Shown piece by piece: positions 55,724-63,582 of a stretch of 63,582 nucleotides of DNA. Source of the DNA: Puniceicoccales bacterium (GTDB lineage: Bacteria; Verrucomicrobiota; Verrucomicrobiia; Opitutales; JAIRKQ01); the NCBI GenBank assembly GCA_031257495.1, contig JAIRON010000015.1:1-63582 (forward strand), in the 5' to 3' direction. The notes below the pieces were generated by a model. The model saw only the letters and a program-made list of their open reading frames with translations. It made no database searches and had not been told where the DNA came from. Numbering within the stretch: position 1 is the stretch's first letter; the number at the start of each line of letters is the position of its first letter. The position numbers and the translations under genes were made by a program.

Positions 55724-56259
55724 GAAATTTTACGCTTATAAAAGTATAGGATGTCATACAAATCGCACAATAGATCGATGGCAACAACAAAACGTTCCCG
55801 TTTTTTTCGAGTCAAAATGCTCGCCGGTTCGTGGTAAAATATGCTCGACTGTCCAACAATCAAAACGCCATTGGTAAACTTTCCCGACCAGAGTACATCG
55901 AATTTGTCCCGAATTTCCTCGTAGGCAAAAACCTTCCTTGCAAAGGCAACGTCATCAGCCTGAAAAGTAATCTTTTTGTCCAAAATTACATTTTCAGACT
56001 TCACTATTGGCCGTCCAAGCGCTTTCATTAGAGCGACCCCCAGCCCTTTGCGCATCGCAGAAAAATGCGTTTCGTTTTCCCAATTCAGCTTGATTCGGGC
56101 GACCATATTTGTCGAAATCTGGACCGAACGGGTAATAAAAATTTCCACGTGTTTACCGCAAACATCACCCGACAATTGCGTAATTCGCCTAAAAAACGGA
56201 AATAGAAACATGCGCTTACATTCCGCTGTTAACCCTGTTAATTTTGCCAGTTTTAGCAT
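55720..56259 (-). CDS. hypothetical protein (179 aa)
   Basis: The ORF sits between serS and rmuC and overlaps the rmuC start by 4 nt. No motif recognised. Confidence 0.45.
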   Translation of the reverse strand: MLKLAKLTGLTAECKRMFLFPFFRRITQLSGDVCGKHVEIFITRSVQISTNMVARIKLNWENETHFSAMRKGLGVALMKALGRPIVKSENVILDKKITFQADDVAFARKVFAYEEIRDKFDVLWSGKFTNGVLIVGQSSIFYHEPASILTRKKRERFVVAIDLLCDLYDILYFYKRKIS

Positions 56260-56262
56260 TTG

Positions 56263-57555
56263 CTAGTATTCTAAGTAGGCAACACCACCCATGTAGGGAA
56301 CGAGGATTTCGGGCAATTTAACCTTGCCATCACTTTGCAAATTATTTTCCAAGATCGCCGCTAGAACGCGTGGGACGGCCAACCCAGAACCATTCAATGT
56401 GTGCACATGTTGCGTTTTACCATCAAACTTTTTCCTAAATTTTATATCCCCTCGGCGGGCCTGAAAATCCGTAAAATTGCTGCAACTTGATACCTCCAGC
56501 CAGCGTTTCTGTCCACCGGCCCACACCTCCAAGTCATATTGCTTTGCATGAGCAAAGCCGATGTCTCCTGTACATATGAGCAGCACACGGTATGGCAATT
56601 CAAGTTTTTTTAGTATCCCTTCAGCATCGGCACGCAGCTTTTCCAGCTCTTCGAAGGAACGATCTGGGTGGCACCACTTTACAAGCTCCACCTTGTCGAA
56701 TTGATGGAGGCGATTCAGTCCGCGCACATCCTTTCCCCAGCTACCTGCTTCCCGCCTGAAACAGGGAGTATAGGCGCATCGGTAAATTGGCAAATCATCT
56801 TCACTCAGGATCTCGCCACGAAAAAAATTTGTAACGGGCACTTCCGCCGTGGGTATGCAGTATAAGTTATCTTGGGTATCGTGGTACATTTGTGATTCCT
56901 TGTCTGGGAGCTGCCCAGTGGCAGTTGCGCTTGCTTCGTTCACCAGTATGGGCGTCGAAAACTCCGTGTAACCGTTACTCCTGGCCTCATCTAAAAAAAA
57001 TGCGACTAGAGCCCTGATTAGGCGGGACATGGAACCGATGTAAAAGGGAAATCCCGCTCCGGAAACTTTGGCCCCACGGGAAAAATCTATGGCCCGGCTA
57101 AACCAAAGGATATCGTAGTGGGGGACCGCGTGCGGTGAGACGGAGTCCATGTTACCGCTTATCATAAGCTCCACATTGTCCTTGTCGCTCTTGCCGATTG
57201 GTACGGACGCATGGGGAATATTCGGTATGGCCAAATAAGCTTCGTTCCAGGCAAAATTCAGTTCGTTCACCCTAAGTTCAAGTTCTTTGACCTGCGTGGA
57301 GAGCTGTTTCAATGCACCTATGTTCGCTGAAAATTCAGTGGAAAACTTATCCATTTGCGCCATTTTATCACTTGCCTGCTTCTGTTCCGCACGCAATTGC
57401 TCGTATTCGGAGATGGCTTTCCTCCGTTCCCCATCAATGTTCAAAAAGGCGTCGATATCTACCTTGAACTTTTTCTTTGCGACGCCGGCCTTAACGAAAT
57501 CAGCATTCTCCCGTAAAAATTTTAAATCCAACATGGTGCCGTAAAACTTGTACAT
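56263..57555 (-). CDS. serS: serine--tRNA ligase
   Basis: MLDLKFLREN, an N-terminal coiled-coil arm, and class II motifs (FRREAGS, GSGLAVPR). Confidence 0.95.
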   Translation of the reverse strand: MYKFYGTMLDLKFLRENADFVKAGVAKKKFKVDIDAFLNIDGERRKAISEYEQLRAEQKQASDKMAQMDKFSTEFSANIGALKQLSTQVKELELRVNELNFAWNEAYLAIPNIPHASVPIGKSDKDNVELMISGNMDSVSPHAVPHYDILWFSRAIDFSRGAKVSGAGFPFYIGSMSRLIRALVAFFLDEARSNGYTEFSTPILVNEASATATGQLPDKESQMYHDTQDNLYCIPTAEVPVTNFFRGEILSEDDLPIYRCAYTPCFRREAGSWGKDVRGLNRLHQFDKVELVKWCHPDRSFEELEKLRADAEGILKKLELPYRVLLICTGDIGFAHAKQYDLEVWAGGQKRWLEVSSCSNFTDFQARRGDIKFRKKFDGKTQHVHTLNGSGLAVPRVLAAILENNLQSDGKVKLPEILVPYMGGVAYLEY

Positions 57556-57582
57556 TGCCCGTTGCTTGGCAATAAATTTGTA

Positions 57583-59346
57583 TCACGGCTCACTCAAAAC
57601 AGCCTTCCCTTCGGCAATCGATTTAGCTAAAATGTACCGCTTCCTAAATAAATCGCAGAGGTCGTTCTGAAATTTCAACGCTAGGGCGATATTTTTATCG
57701 TTGAGCCTGCTCGACACTTTGTTTATTACTTCCTCGTAGCTCAATCCGGATAAATCTGCCATGATCATTTCCGCAATTTCCGCATCACGTAGCCGTTCCT
57801 CCGCACGGGCCCGCAAAATCGCTCCCCAAGCATCAACAAGCTCTATATTGTTGTCTATAAAGGCCAACCTTATTATTAGCCCGGAAATTGTAAACACGGG
57901 ATCAGTCCATTCATCATGGCATACGAACGATGCCGTTGCTTCGTAGGGATTTAGGTCCGGATTAACGCGAAGTTTTTCATACTTTTTTTCGTAAATTGTT
58001 TTTAAAATCGGGGTTCTGCACATTGTTAATTTAACTGGACCTCCGTCCGTTCCAGCTTTGAATGCCAACAATTTTTGTCCATCCAGGGAGACCGCATATT
58101 CGATAAACTTTTTTGCCAAATCTGGCCGTTTTGCACCCCGAAGTACGGCAATTGGATCCGGCGAAGGCGCCCCACCGCCGTAGGGCAGAACGAACTTAAA
58201 CCTACCTTCTTCGCTATTCTCAAAATGATTACTTCGCTGATCAGAAGCACCACCGGGCATATCGTAGGGAACCACGAATTTCATCCGATTGCTTCCGCCA
58301 CGTTTTTCGAGATGCTGCATCTCCGAAAGCCCATAAAAATCAACGGAAATGCCGGCCAAGCAATTACCTGTCGAAACGTCAATGAGTGGTTTTGTGGCCG
58401 ATTCGGTGAAATATCGGCCATTGGCGGCAATTTTTTGGATGATTCTCAATCCTGCCAACCATCCCTCGGATACTGCCTTTAGCTCGTCTTCCGGCGAAAG
58501 CTTGCTGACATTCTTTTTGATGCGGAGGTTTTCGTAGGCTATTTGCATCTGCTGCTGTATCAACATGCTGAACGCCTTTAGAGTGGAGCTACTTTTAGTG
58601 GGATCGACGACAGCTAATTTGCGAAAGTATTCCGGACGAGCTAGGTCACCCCACGTCCTCGGATGAATTTTAATGCCCTCTGAGAGCAGCGCCTCAGCGT
58701 TGTATATTATGCCAAAGGATGATAACGCTGAACCGAACCAGCGCCCCTCATGATCCCATAGCCTTCCACCGGCAAAAAATTCCGGAATCGTGCTATTGGA
58801 AAAAAGATCCGGACGCTCATGCAGTATGTCACAGGCAACGATGTTTCCCCTGTCCGCCTGTAAAATAAACTCGTAAATACCCCCTCCAAACAGTATGTCA
58901 ACGCCACATCCCACATTGGAATGCACAAATTTATCGTACATTTCGTCATGTAAAGCACTTCTTTTCCCAATTTCCTTAGCACTGCGTGCCGCGAAAGCCG
59001 CAGCCCGTTCGCTGGACCATGGCAGTCCGAGCTCATTAATCCAATAATTCATGAAGTTATTGGAAAGCGTCGACTCTATGTACCGCGAAGTCTCCTGCCC
59101 TCCCCCCTGATAGCGCCAATCAATGTTGATATCCTTGCCTGTTTTAGCCTTATACCATTTTTGGAAACCCCGAGCATATTCCTGTCTAAGTGCTTCGTTG
59201 TGGGGGGTTAGTATGACAATCGTGTCCAAATTATTGTCGAGCACCACACTTTTCGTTCTATCGCGCAAAATAAATGGCACAACTATGATAATAAATATTA
59301 AAAGTAAAATCGACAGTCTGCTCAGCCTCGACATACTTTCACTCAC
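57583..59346 (-). CDS. ABC transporter substrate-binding protein (Fe3+/polyamine SBP-like), unusually long, membrane-anchored
   Basis: N-terminal TM anchor LSILLLIFIIIVVPFIL followed by IVILTPHNEALRQEYARGFQKWY, typical of SBP_bac_6/8-type binding proteins. It overlaps the ATPase gene by 8 nt. Confidence 0.65.
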   Translation of the reverse strand: MSESMSRLSRLSILLLIFIIIVVPFILRDRTKSVVLDNNLDTIVILTPHNEALRQEYARGFQKWYKAKTGKDINIDWRYQGGGQETSRYIESTLSNNFMNYWINELGLPWSSERAAAFAARSAKEIGKRSALHDEMYDKFVHSNVGCGVDILFGGGIYEFILQADRGNIVACDILHERPDLFSNSTIPEFFAGGRLWDHEGRWFGSALSSFGIIYNAEALLSEGIKIHPRTWGDLARPEYFRKLAVVDPTKSSSTLKAFSMLIQQQMQIAYENLRIKKNVSKLSPEDELKAVSEGWLAGLRIIQKIAANGRYFTESATKPLIDVSTGNCLAGISVDFYGLSEMQHLEKRGGSNRMKFVVPYDMPGGASDQRSNHFENSEEGRFKFVLPYGGGAPSPDPIAVLRGAKRPDLAKKFIEYAVSLDGQKLLAFKAGTDGGPVKLTMCRTPILKTIYEKKYEKLRVNPDLNPYEATASFVCHDEWTDPVFTISGLIIRLAFIDNNIELVDAWGAILRARAEERLRDAEIAEMIMADLSGLSYEEVINKVSSRLNDKNIALALKFQNDLCDLFRKRYILAKSIAEGKAVLSEP

Positions 59347-60415
59347 TCAGGATTACAACGTCACTGCTCGACACGTAAGCGTACACTTCCTTTGCGCGTT
59401 GCAGACGCTCGAAATTTGTCGGATTTAGCTCAGATATGCGCATATTCACGCCATTCTTTTTGAAGTCATAGTGGGCCACTTCTCCAAAGTATACGGCATT
59501 TCCCACATTCCCGCTTATGCAATTTTCATCCATCGGAACACTACTCAGCGTCAGGCATTCCGGACGAATGGACAGGTAAACTTTTTTGCCCGGTCTAACA
59601 TCACTATTACTCGGACAAACAACGCCGCGAAAGCTGCCTATTTTTGTGCGCACAACCGCCTCTCCCGCACCAACTTGTATTATTACACCTTCGACAATAT
59701 TAGTATCACCTACAAACTTTGCTACAAATTTTGCCTGCGGCCGTCTATACAGCTCGATAGCAGTGCCGACTTGTCTTATTTTGCCATGGGAAAACACCGC
59801 AATCCTATCAGCTATGGAGAGCGCCTCCTTTTGGTCATGGGTGACATAAACGGTGGTCAATTTGTGCTCTTTGCATATGGCTCGAATTCCACAGCGCATC
59901 TCATTGCGCAGCTGCGCATCGAGATTGGATAGCGGTTCGTCCAGGAGCAAACAGCGAGGCTTAACTACAAGTGCACGAGCCAAAGCAACTCTCTGCTGTT
60001 GGCCACCGGAAAGCTCGTTTGGTTTGCGATCCGCATATTGCTCAAGTTGCACCTTTGCAAGCATATCGGCAACGATGCTGCGAATTCTTGCCTTTGGTAA
60101 ATTTTTTTGTTCAAGCCCAAAAGCCACATTTTGCGCAACGGTCATGTGAGGCCACAGAGCATAGCTTTGAAAAACCATTCCGGCGTGACGTTTGTGCGGT
60201 GGCAACTTTACAACATTTTTATTACCAAACAATATGCGACCATTGTCCGGTGTATAAAACCCCGCTAATGTGCGGAGGAGCGTCGTTTTTCCACAGCCAC
60301 TTGGCCCCAACAGAAAAAACAATTCACCGGCGTTAATTGTCAAATTGATGTCATCGAGGGCAGTAACTATCCCAAAGCGCTTCGTCAAACTCTCGATCTT
60401 GATATCGATCATCAA
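59339..60415 (-). CDS. ABC transporter ATP-binding protein (PotA/FbpC/MalK-like with TOBE-type C-terminal domain)
   Basis: GPSGCGKTT Walker A, LSGGQQQRVALARAL signature, LLLDEPLSNLD Walker B. Confidence 0.9.
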   Translation of the reverse strand: MMIDIKIESLTKRFGIVTALDDINLTINAGELFFLLGPSGCGKTTLLRTLAGFYTPDNGRILFGNKNVVKLPPHKRHAGMVFQSYALWPHMTVAQNVAFGLEQKNLPKARIRSIVADMLAKVQLEQYADRKPNELSGGQQQRVALARALVVKPRCLLLDEPLSNLDAQLRNEMRCGIRAICKEHKLTTVYVTHDQKEALSIADRIAVFSHGKIRQVGTAIELYRRPQAKFVAKFVGDTNIVEGVIIQVGAGEAVVRTKIGSFRGVVCPSNSDVRPGKKVYLSIRPECLTLSSVPMDENCISGNVGNAVYFGEVAHYDFKKNGVNMRISELNPTNFERLQRAKEVYAYVSSSDVVILSE

Positions 60416-60529
60416 TAATCAGGCTTGATGCATTTATTAAATCCGTTGTCAAAATATTTTTTGCCATTTTTTAAGTGTGAAAGCAGACCTAATAAGAGTC
60501 AGTGAGCAAAGACCTCATACTCCTCGATA

Positions 60530-60898
60530 TTAACTTGCTTCCGTAGATGGAATGTAGGTTGGTGAAGAGGTTTCCTGCTTATTTTTGCGATGATCACCCT
60601 CTACTTTCACTTTGTCAGTCAGCTGCCTGTCCAATTTATTTACCATCATGTCGATTGATTTATAGAGATCACCACTGGCTGCTCTCGCATTCAAATTTTG
60701 TCCCCCTATTTTTATTTCTCCGTGGGCGACGAATTCGTTTTCCCTGGATTTATTTGGCGTATGTTCCAACTTAACCTCGATGTGTATTATCTTGCCATCA
60801 TGGGAAAATAATTTCTGTACTTTACCATTGACTATCGCCTTTAAGGCATCGGTCAAGTTTACGTGCACACCGGATACAATCGCCTCTCTGTTACTCAT
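60530..60898 (-). CDS. hpf: ribosome hibernation promoting factor / RaiA family (short form)
   Basis: VSGVHVNLTDALKAIVNGKVQKL...IEVKL...GDLYKSIDMMVNKLDRQL. The ATG at 60898 is preceded by aaggaggg. The track's 74-aa N-terminal extension was rejected. Confidence 0.85.
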   Translation of the reverse strand: MSNREAIVSGVHVNLTDALKAIVNGKVQKLFSHDGKIIHIEVKLEHTPNKSRENEFVAHGEIKIGGQNLNARAASGDLYKSIDMMVNKLDRQLTDKVKVEGDHRKNKQETSSPTYIPSTEAS

Positions 60899-61368
60899 GA
60901 TAATAAACCCTCCTTGGTGTAGGGGATAGTAGGAATTCAAAAACAAAAAACAATGATTTATTGTTCCTAAAGTCAGGACTTCTAAATAAAGGAAACAAAA
61001 AGAAGCTAAAAAGCAGGCGGGGAAATAGAAAAATGTAAAAATACAAATACCTCCCACCATAGCAGGTAAAGTGAAATGCCACTCCCTTAACTCGGCAAAC
61101 AAATCACCAATTTTTGCCACTATTTATAAAGGTTTTATAGGAACAAACTCATAAATCAAAGCAGAAAAAAGAAACCAAATAAAATAGCAAAATAAAGGAA
61201 TTGAGAGCACGCTTATCATGGCTGGTAGAAAGGAAACGCTAATTTTCAGCTTGGAAAACAAAATCTCAGTTTTATGTCGGTGTTCATTGTTTCTAGGGAG
61301 TACCGTCTTTGGTAAAGAGTACAAATTTCCTTGAAACAGGGCAGATTTTATACAGAAAGTTTGGGTCC

Positions 61369-61456
<88 letters not shown>

Positions 61457-61600
61457 GCCAATGTTATTATTCCCTGTTTCTTAAGCTCATCAGAAGCTTT
61501 CAATTGTCCATATGTTGGGTATTCCATAGCTATGTTAATTACTTTCCTCAACTCTATTCTTCATCATCGGCTTCTCCCTGGACATCTTCACTAATGCTTC

Positions 61601-63559
61601 CTACGCTTCCTTCCTCATCTTTTTTTCTTTTTTCCATTGCCGCACCATATCCTCAGGGAATAATTCCTTCCTGAGGAATGGAGGGCATACCTTTATCAAA
61701 TCGGCTTCGGTATCTTCCTCGCTTGACAGTTCTGACCTGAAAAGCTTCTTTCTCGCATTCACATCACTTTGCAAAGCTCCATCATTAGCGCTTAACAATT
61801 CTTTCCATACTATGCCAAGACCTTCATTCTGGCCATAAGGCATTTCTGCATCCACTAAGTAAAGCCGAATCAATGTACTAAGTGCTGATCTAGCAGTTAG
61901 TGATTTCCCGTTGAAAGCTAAACTTCGTCTTAGTAAATCGGAGCCTTCTTTTAAGGCCTCATTCAACGCTCTTTGTAAAGTTTCACCATTGGGTCCGGCC
62001 AACAACGCTGGCAATGTTTCCGTGTTTTTTGCACCAAAATTCATCACTGCACGGCAAAACTCAAGCAGTCTAAACCTTGGACTAAGGCCCGATTGCGTCA
62101 GCTGACTTATAAGATGGATAACTGCTTTACTTTTTACTTCGTCCAATTTTTCCTGCAAACTCCCATTAGAAACAGCAAATATCGCTCTTTTAGCATTTTC
62201 GCAGAACTTATCCATTTTCGCATAAAATTCACCAAGACACTTGATCGGAGACTGGCTATCAGCAGCTCGCAAATATTGATATAATTCTCTGTAACCCCGC
62301 CTTATCCTATTTTTTAAGGCATTTTGCAAAGAATCCGATGGTCCTGTATCGCCTAGATACAAATGCAAGATAATATCTACCTCGTCGGGATCAATTTCAG
62401 ACATTAATTTATAAAAAGCATTCACACCGTCTATGTTGCAATCGCTATGAAAAAGAGCCTCGCTTGCTTTCACCAAAATAGGAAAATGTGTTGCTATTTT
62501 CAGCATTTCTTCCACGGTCAAACCCTTAATATGGGGGTAGGTAGGTCTAAATGTGAGCAATCCTTCTAAGCCTTGGTACTTTCGCACTTCTTCCATGATT
62601 TCTTTGCACACTTCTTCCCCGTTATAGGTCCCCCCATTGAAACCGCGTGCAGGGTATGTTCGCGGGCAAAAACGACGAAAAACTTCGTTAATAACCTTGC
62701 GAGTGTATTCCAACTTTAGACGGCCAAGTCTTTCCCTTAGAGAGGAATTATATCTCCAAAGTTTAAAATCAAGGAGCTCAGTCTGAAATGTTTCTGGGTA
62801 TTTTTGTAGCACTGCTTTAACTTCGCGCGGCATTCCGGTACCATCGGGTGACGCTTCACAAAAAGATTTTACCACATTTGGATCTCTGAGAATATCATCA
62901 ATGACGTTGTAAGTGTATTCCAACTTTAGACGGCCAAGTCTTTCCCTTAGAGAGGGGGTATATCTCCGAGGTTTAAAATCAAGGAACTCATCCTGAAACT
63001 CCTGGGAGCATTTTTGTAGCACTGCTTCAACTTCGCAGGGCATTCCGGTACCATCGGGTGACGCCTCACAAAAAGATTTTACCACATTCGGATCTTTAAG
63101 AATACCTTTAATAACCTTGTAAGTGTATTCCAACTTTAGACGGACAAATGTTTTCCTTAGAGAGGGCTCATTATCGTAAGGTTTAAAATCAAGGAGCTCA
63201 GCCTGAAATGCTTCGGGGTATTTTTGTAGCACTGCTTCAACTTCGCAGGGCATTCCGGTACCATCGGGTGACGCTTCACAAAAAGATCTTACCACATTTG
63301 GATCTCTAAGAATACCTTCAATGGCCCAATAGGCCTTTCGCAGCTCCTCTGCGTCTATGGGCTCCCTTGCTGCCAGCTTTTCAGTGGGCAGCGGCTGTGG
63401 TTGTGCTACATCGCCGAGAGCAAAGCTCTCGGACACCTGCCTCACTGGAGGCAGTTCATGATTAACGTGCCCTACGGGCCAAACATTTCCATCACCACTT
63501 GACTCACTCAAAGGATGATCGCCACTTGGCGGTATTGCTAATATATTACCACTTTCCAT
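61601..63559 (-). CDS. orphan 652-aa protein with three tandem 70-aa repeats and a helical C-terminal region
   Basis: Long clean ORF with an internal protein-level and DNA-level tandem repeat. No signal peptide or known motif seen. Confidence 0.7.
   Translation of the reverse strand: MESGNILAIPPSGDHPLSESSGDGNVWPVGHVNHELPPVRQVSESFALGDVAQPQPLPTEKLAAREPIDAEELRKAYWAIEGILRDPNVVRSFCEASPDGTGMPCEVEAVLQKYPEAFQAELLDFKPYDNEPSLRKTFVRLKLEYTYKVIKGILKDPNVVKSFCEASPDGTGMPCEVEAVLQKCSQEFQDEFLDFKPRRYTPSLRERLGRLKLEYTYNVIDDILRDPNVVKSFCEASPDGTGMPREVKAVLQKYPETFQTELLDFKLWRYNSSLRERLGRLKLEYTRKVINEVFRRFCPRTYPARGFNGGTYNGEEVCKEIMEEVRKYQGLEGLLTFRPTYPHIKGLTVEEMLKIATHFPILVKASEALFHSDCNIDGVNAFYKLMSEIDPDEVDIILHLYLGDTGPSDSLQNALKNRIRRGYRELYQYLRAADSQSPIKCLGEFYAKMDKFCENAKRAIFAVSNGSLQEKLDEVKSKAVIHLISQLTQSGLSPRFRLLEFCRAVMNFGAKNTETLPALLAGPNGETLQRALNEALKEGSDLLRRSLAFNGKSLTARSALSTLIRLYLVDAEMPYGQNEGLGIVWKELLSANDGALQSDVNARKKLFRSELSSEEDTEADLIKVCPPFLRKELFPEDMVRQWKKEKKMRKEA
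62702..63331 (-). repeat. 3 x 210-bp in-frame tandem repeat inside the orphan CDS
   Basis: gtgtattccaactttagacgg occurs at 62703, 62913 and 63123. cattccggtaccatcgggtgacgc occurs at 62831, 63041 and 63251. The period is exactly 210 bp, with only scattered substitutions between copies. Confidence 0.9.
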
Positions 63560-63582
63560 ATTTGCCCCTTTGATTAAAGCCA

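Noticed and set aside
60899-61120. 74-aa hydrophobic extension of the hpf ORF
   Set aside because: The ATG at 60898 is preceded by aaggaggg, and HPF homology begins there. The extension is Phe/Leu-rich translation of AT-rich spacer.

Overview
This window is a 63.6-kb piece of a moderately AT-rich bacterial chromosome. It holds about 50 credible protein genes on both strands. Most are core housekeeping genes: argS, cysS, trpS, serS, rpsA, infC, frr, hpf, rho, topB, ruvC, nth, rmuC, pyrH, cmk, a thymidine phosphorylase, asd, dapL, ispE, plsC, lolCD, clpP, mraZ-rsmH-ftsL, a PBP2-like gene and an Amidase_3 gene. There are six isolated tRNA genes (Lys-CTT, Glu-CTC, Lys-TTT, CAT, Asp-GTC, Ser-CGA). 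I saw no rRNA, CRISPR array, transposase, integrase or phage genes. All calls rest on motif recognition by eye in the supplied translations and on hand folding of tRNAs; no search was run. A DapL-type aminotransferase, a ClpP with chlamydial ClpP1-like architecture, many 4-nt gene overlaps and long ORF-free gaps hint at a PVC-like, possibly host-associated lineage. Taxonomy is not established. The best candidates for something new are listed here. (i) At 41.5-45.9 kb there is an orphan NrdG-type radical-SAM activase, a tightly coupled operon of four small membrane proteins that look like BatA/BatB N-terminal modules without their VWA domains, and a divergent secreted class-3-lipase-like protein. 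(ii) At 19-26 kb there is a tRNA-studded accessory glycosylation patch: a GT9-methyltransferase fusion, then a visibly GC-richer GT1 gene plus an MFS transporter. (iii) Beside tRNA-Ser there is a 652-aa orphan protein with three near-identical 70-aa tandem repeats. (iv) Several enzymes appear to have substituted catalytic motifs: the PBP2-like protein (SxxK to SISR, SxN/D to NCN), the PFK-like protein and the Fe-ADH-like protein. (v) There are ORF-free gaps of about 0.6 and 1.1 kb, one with a GC-richer core that could be an ncRNA or a gene relic.
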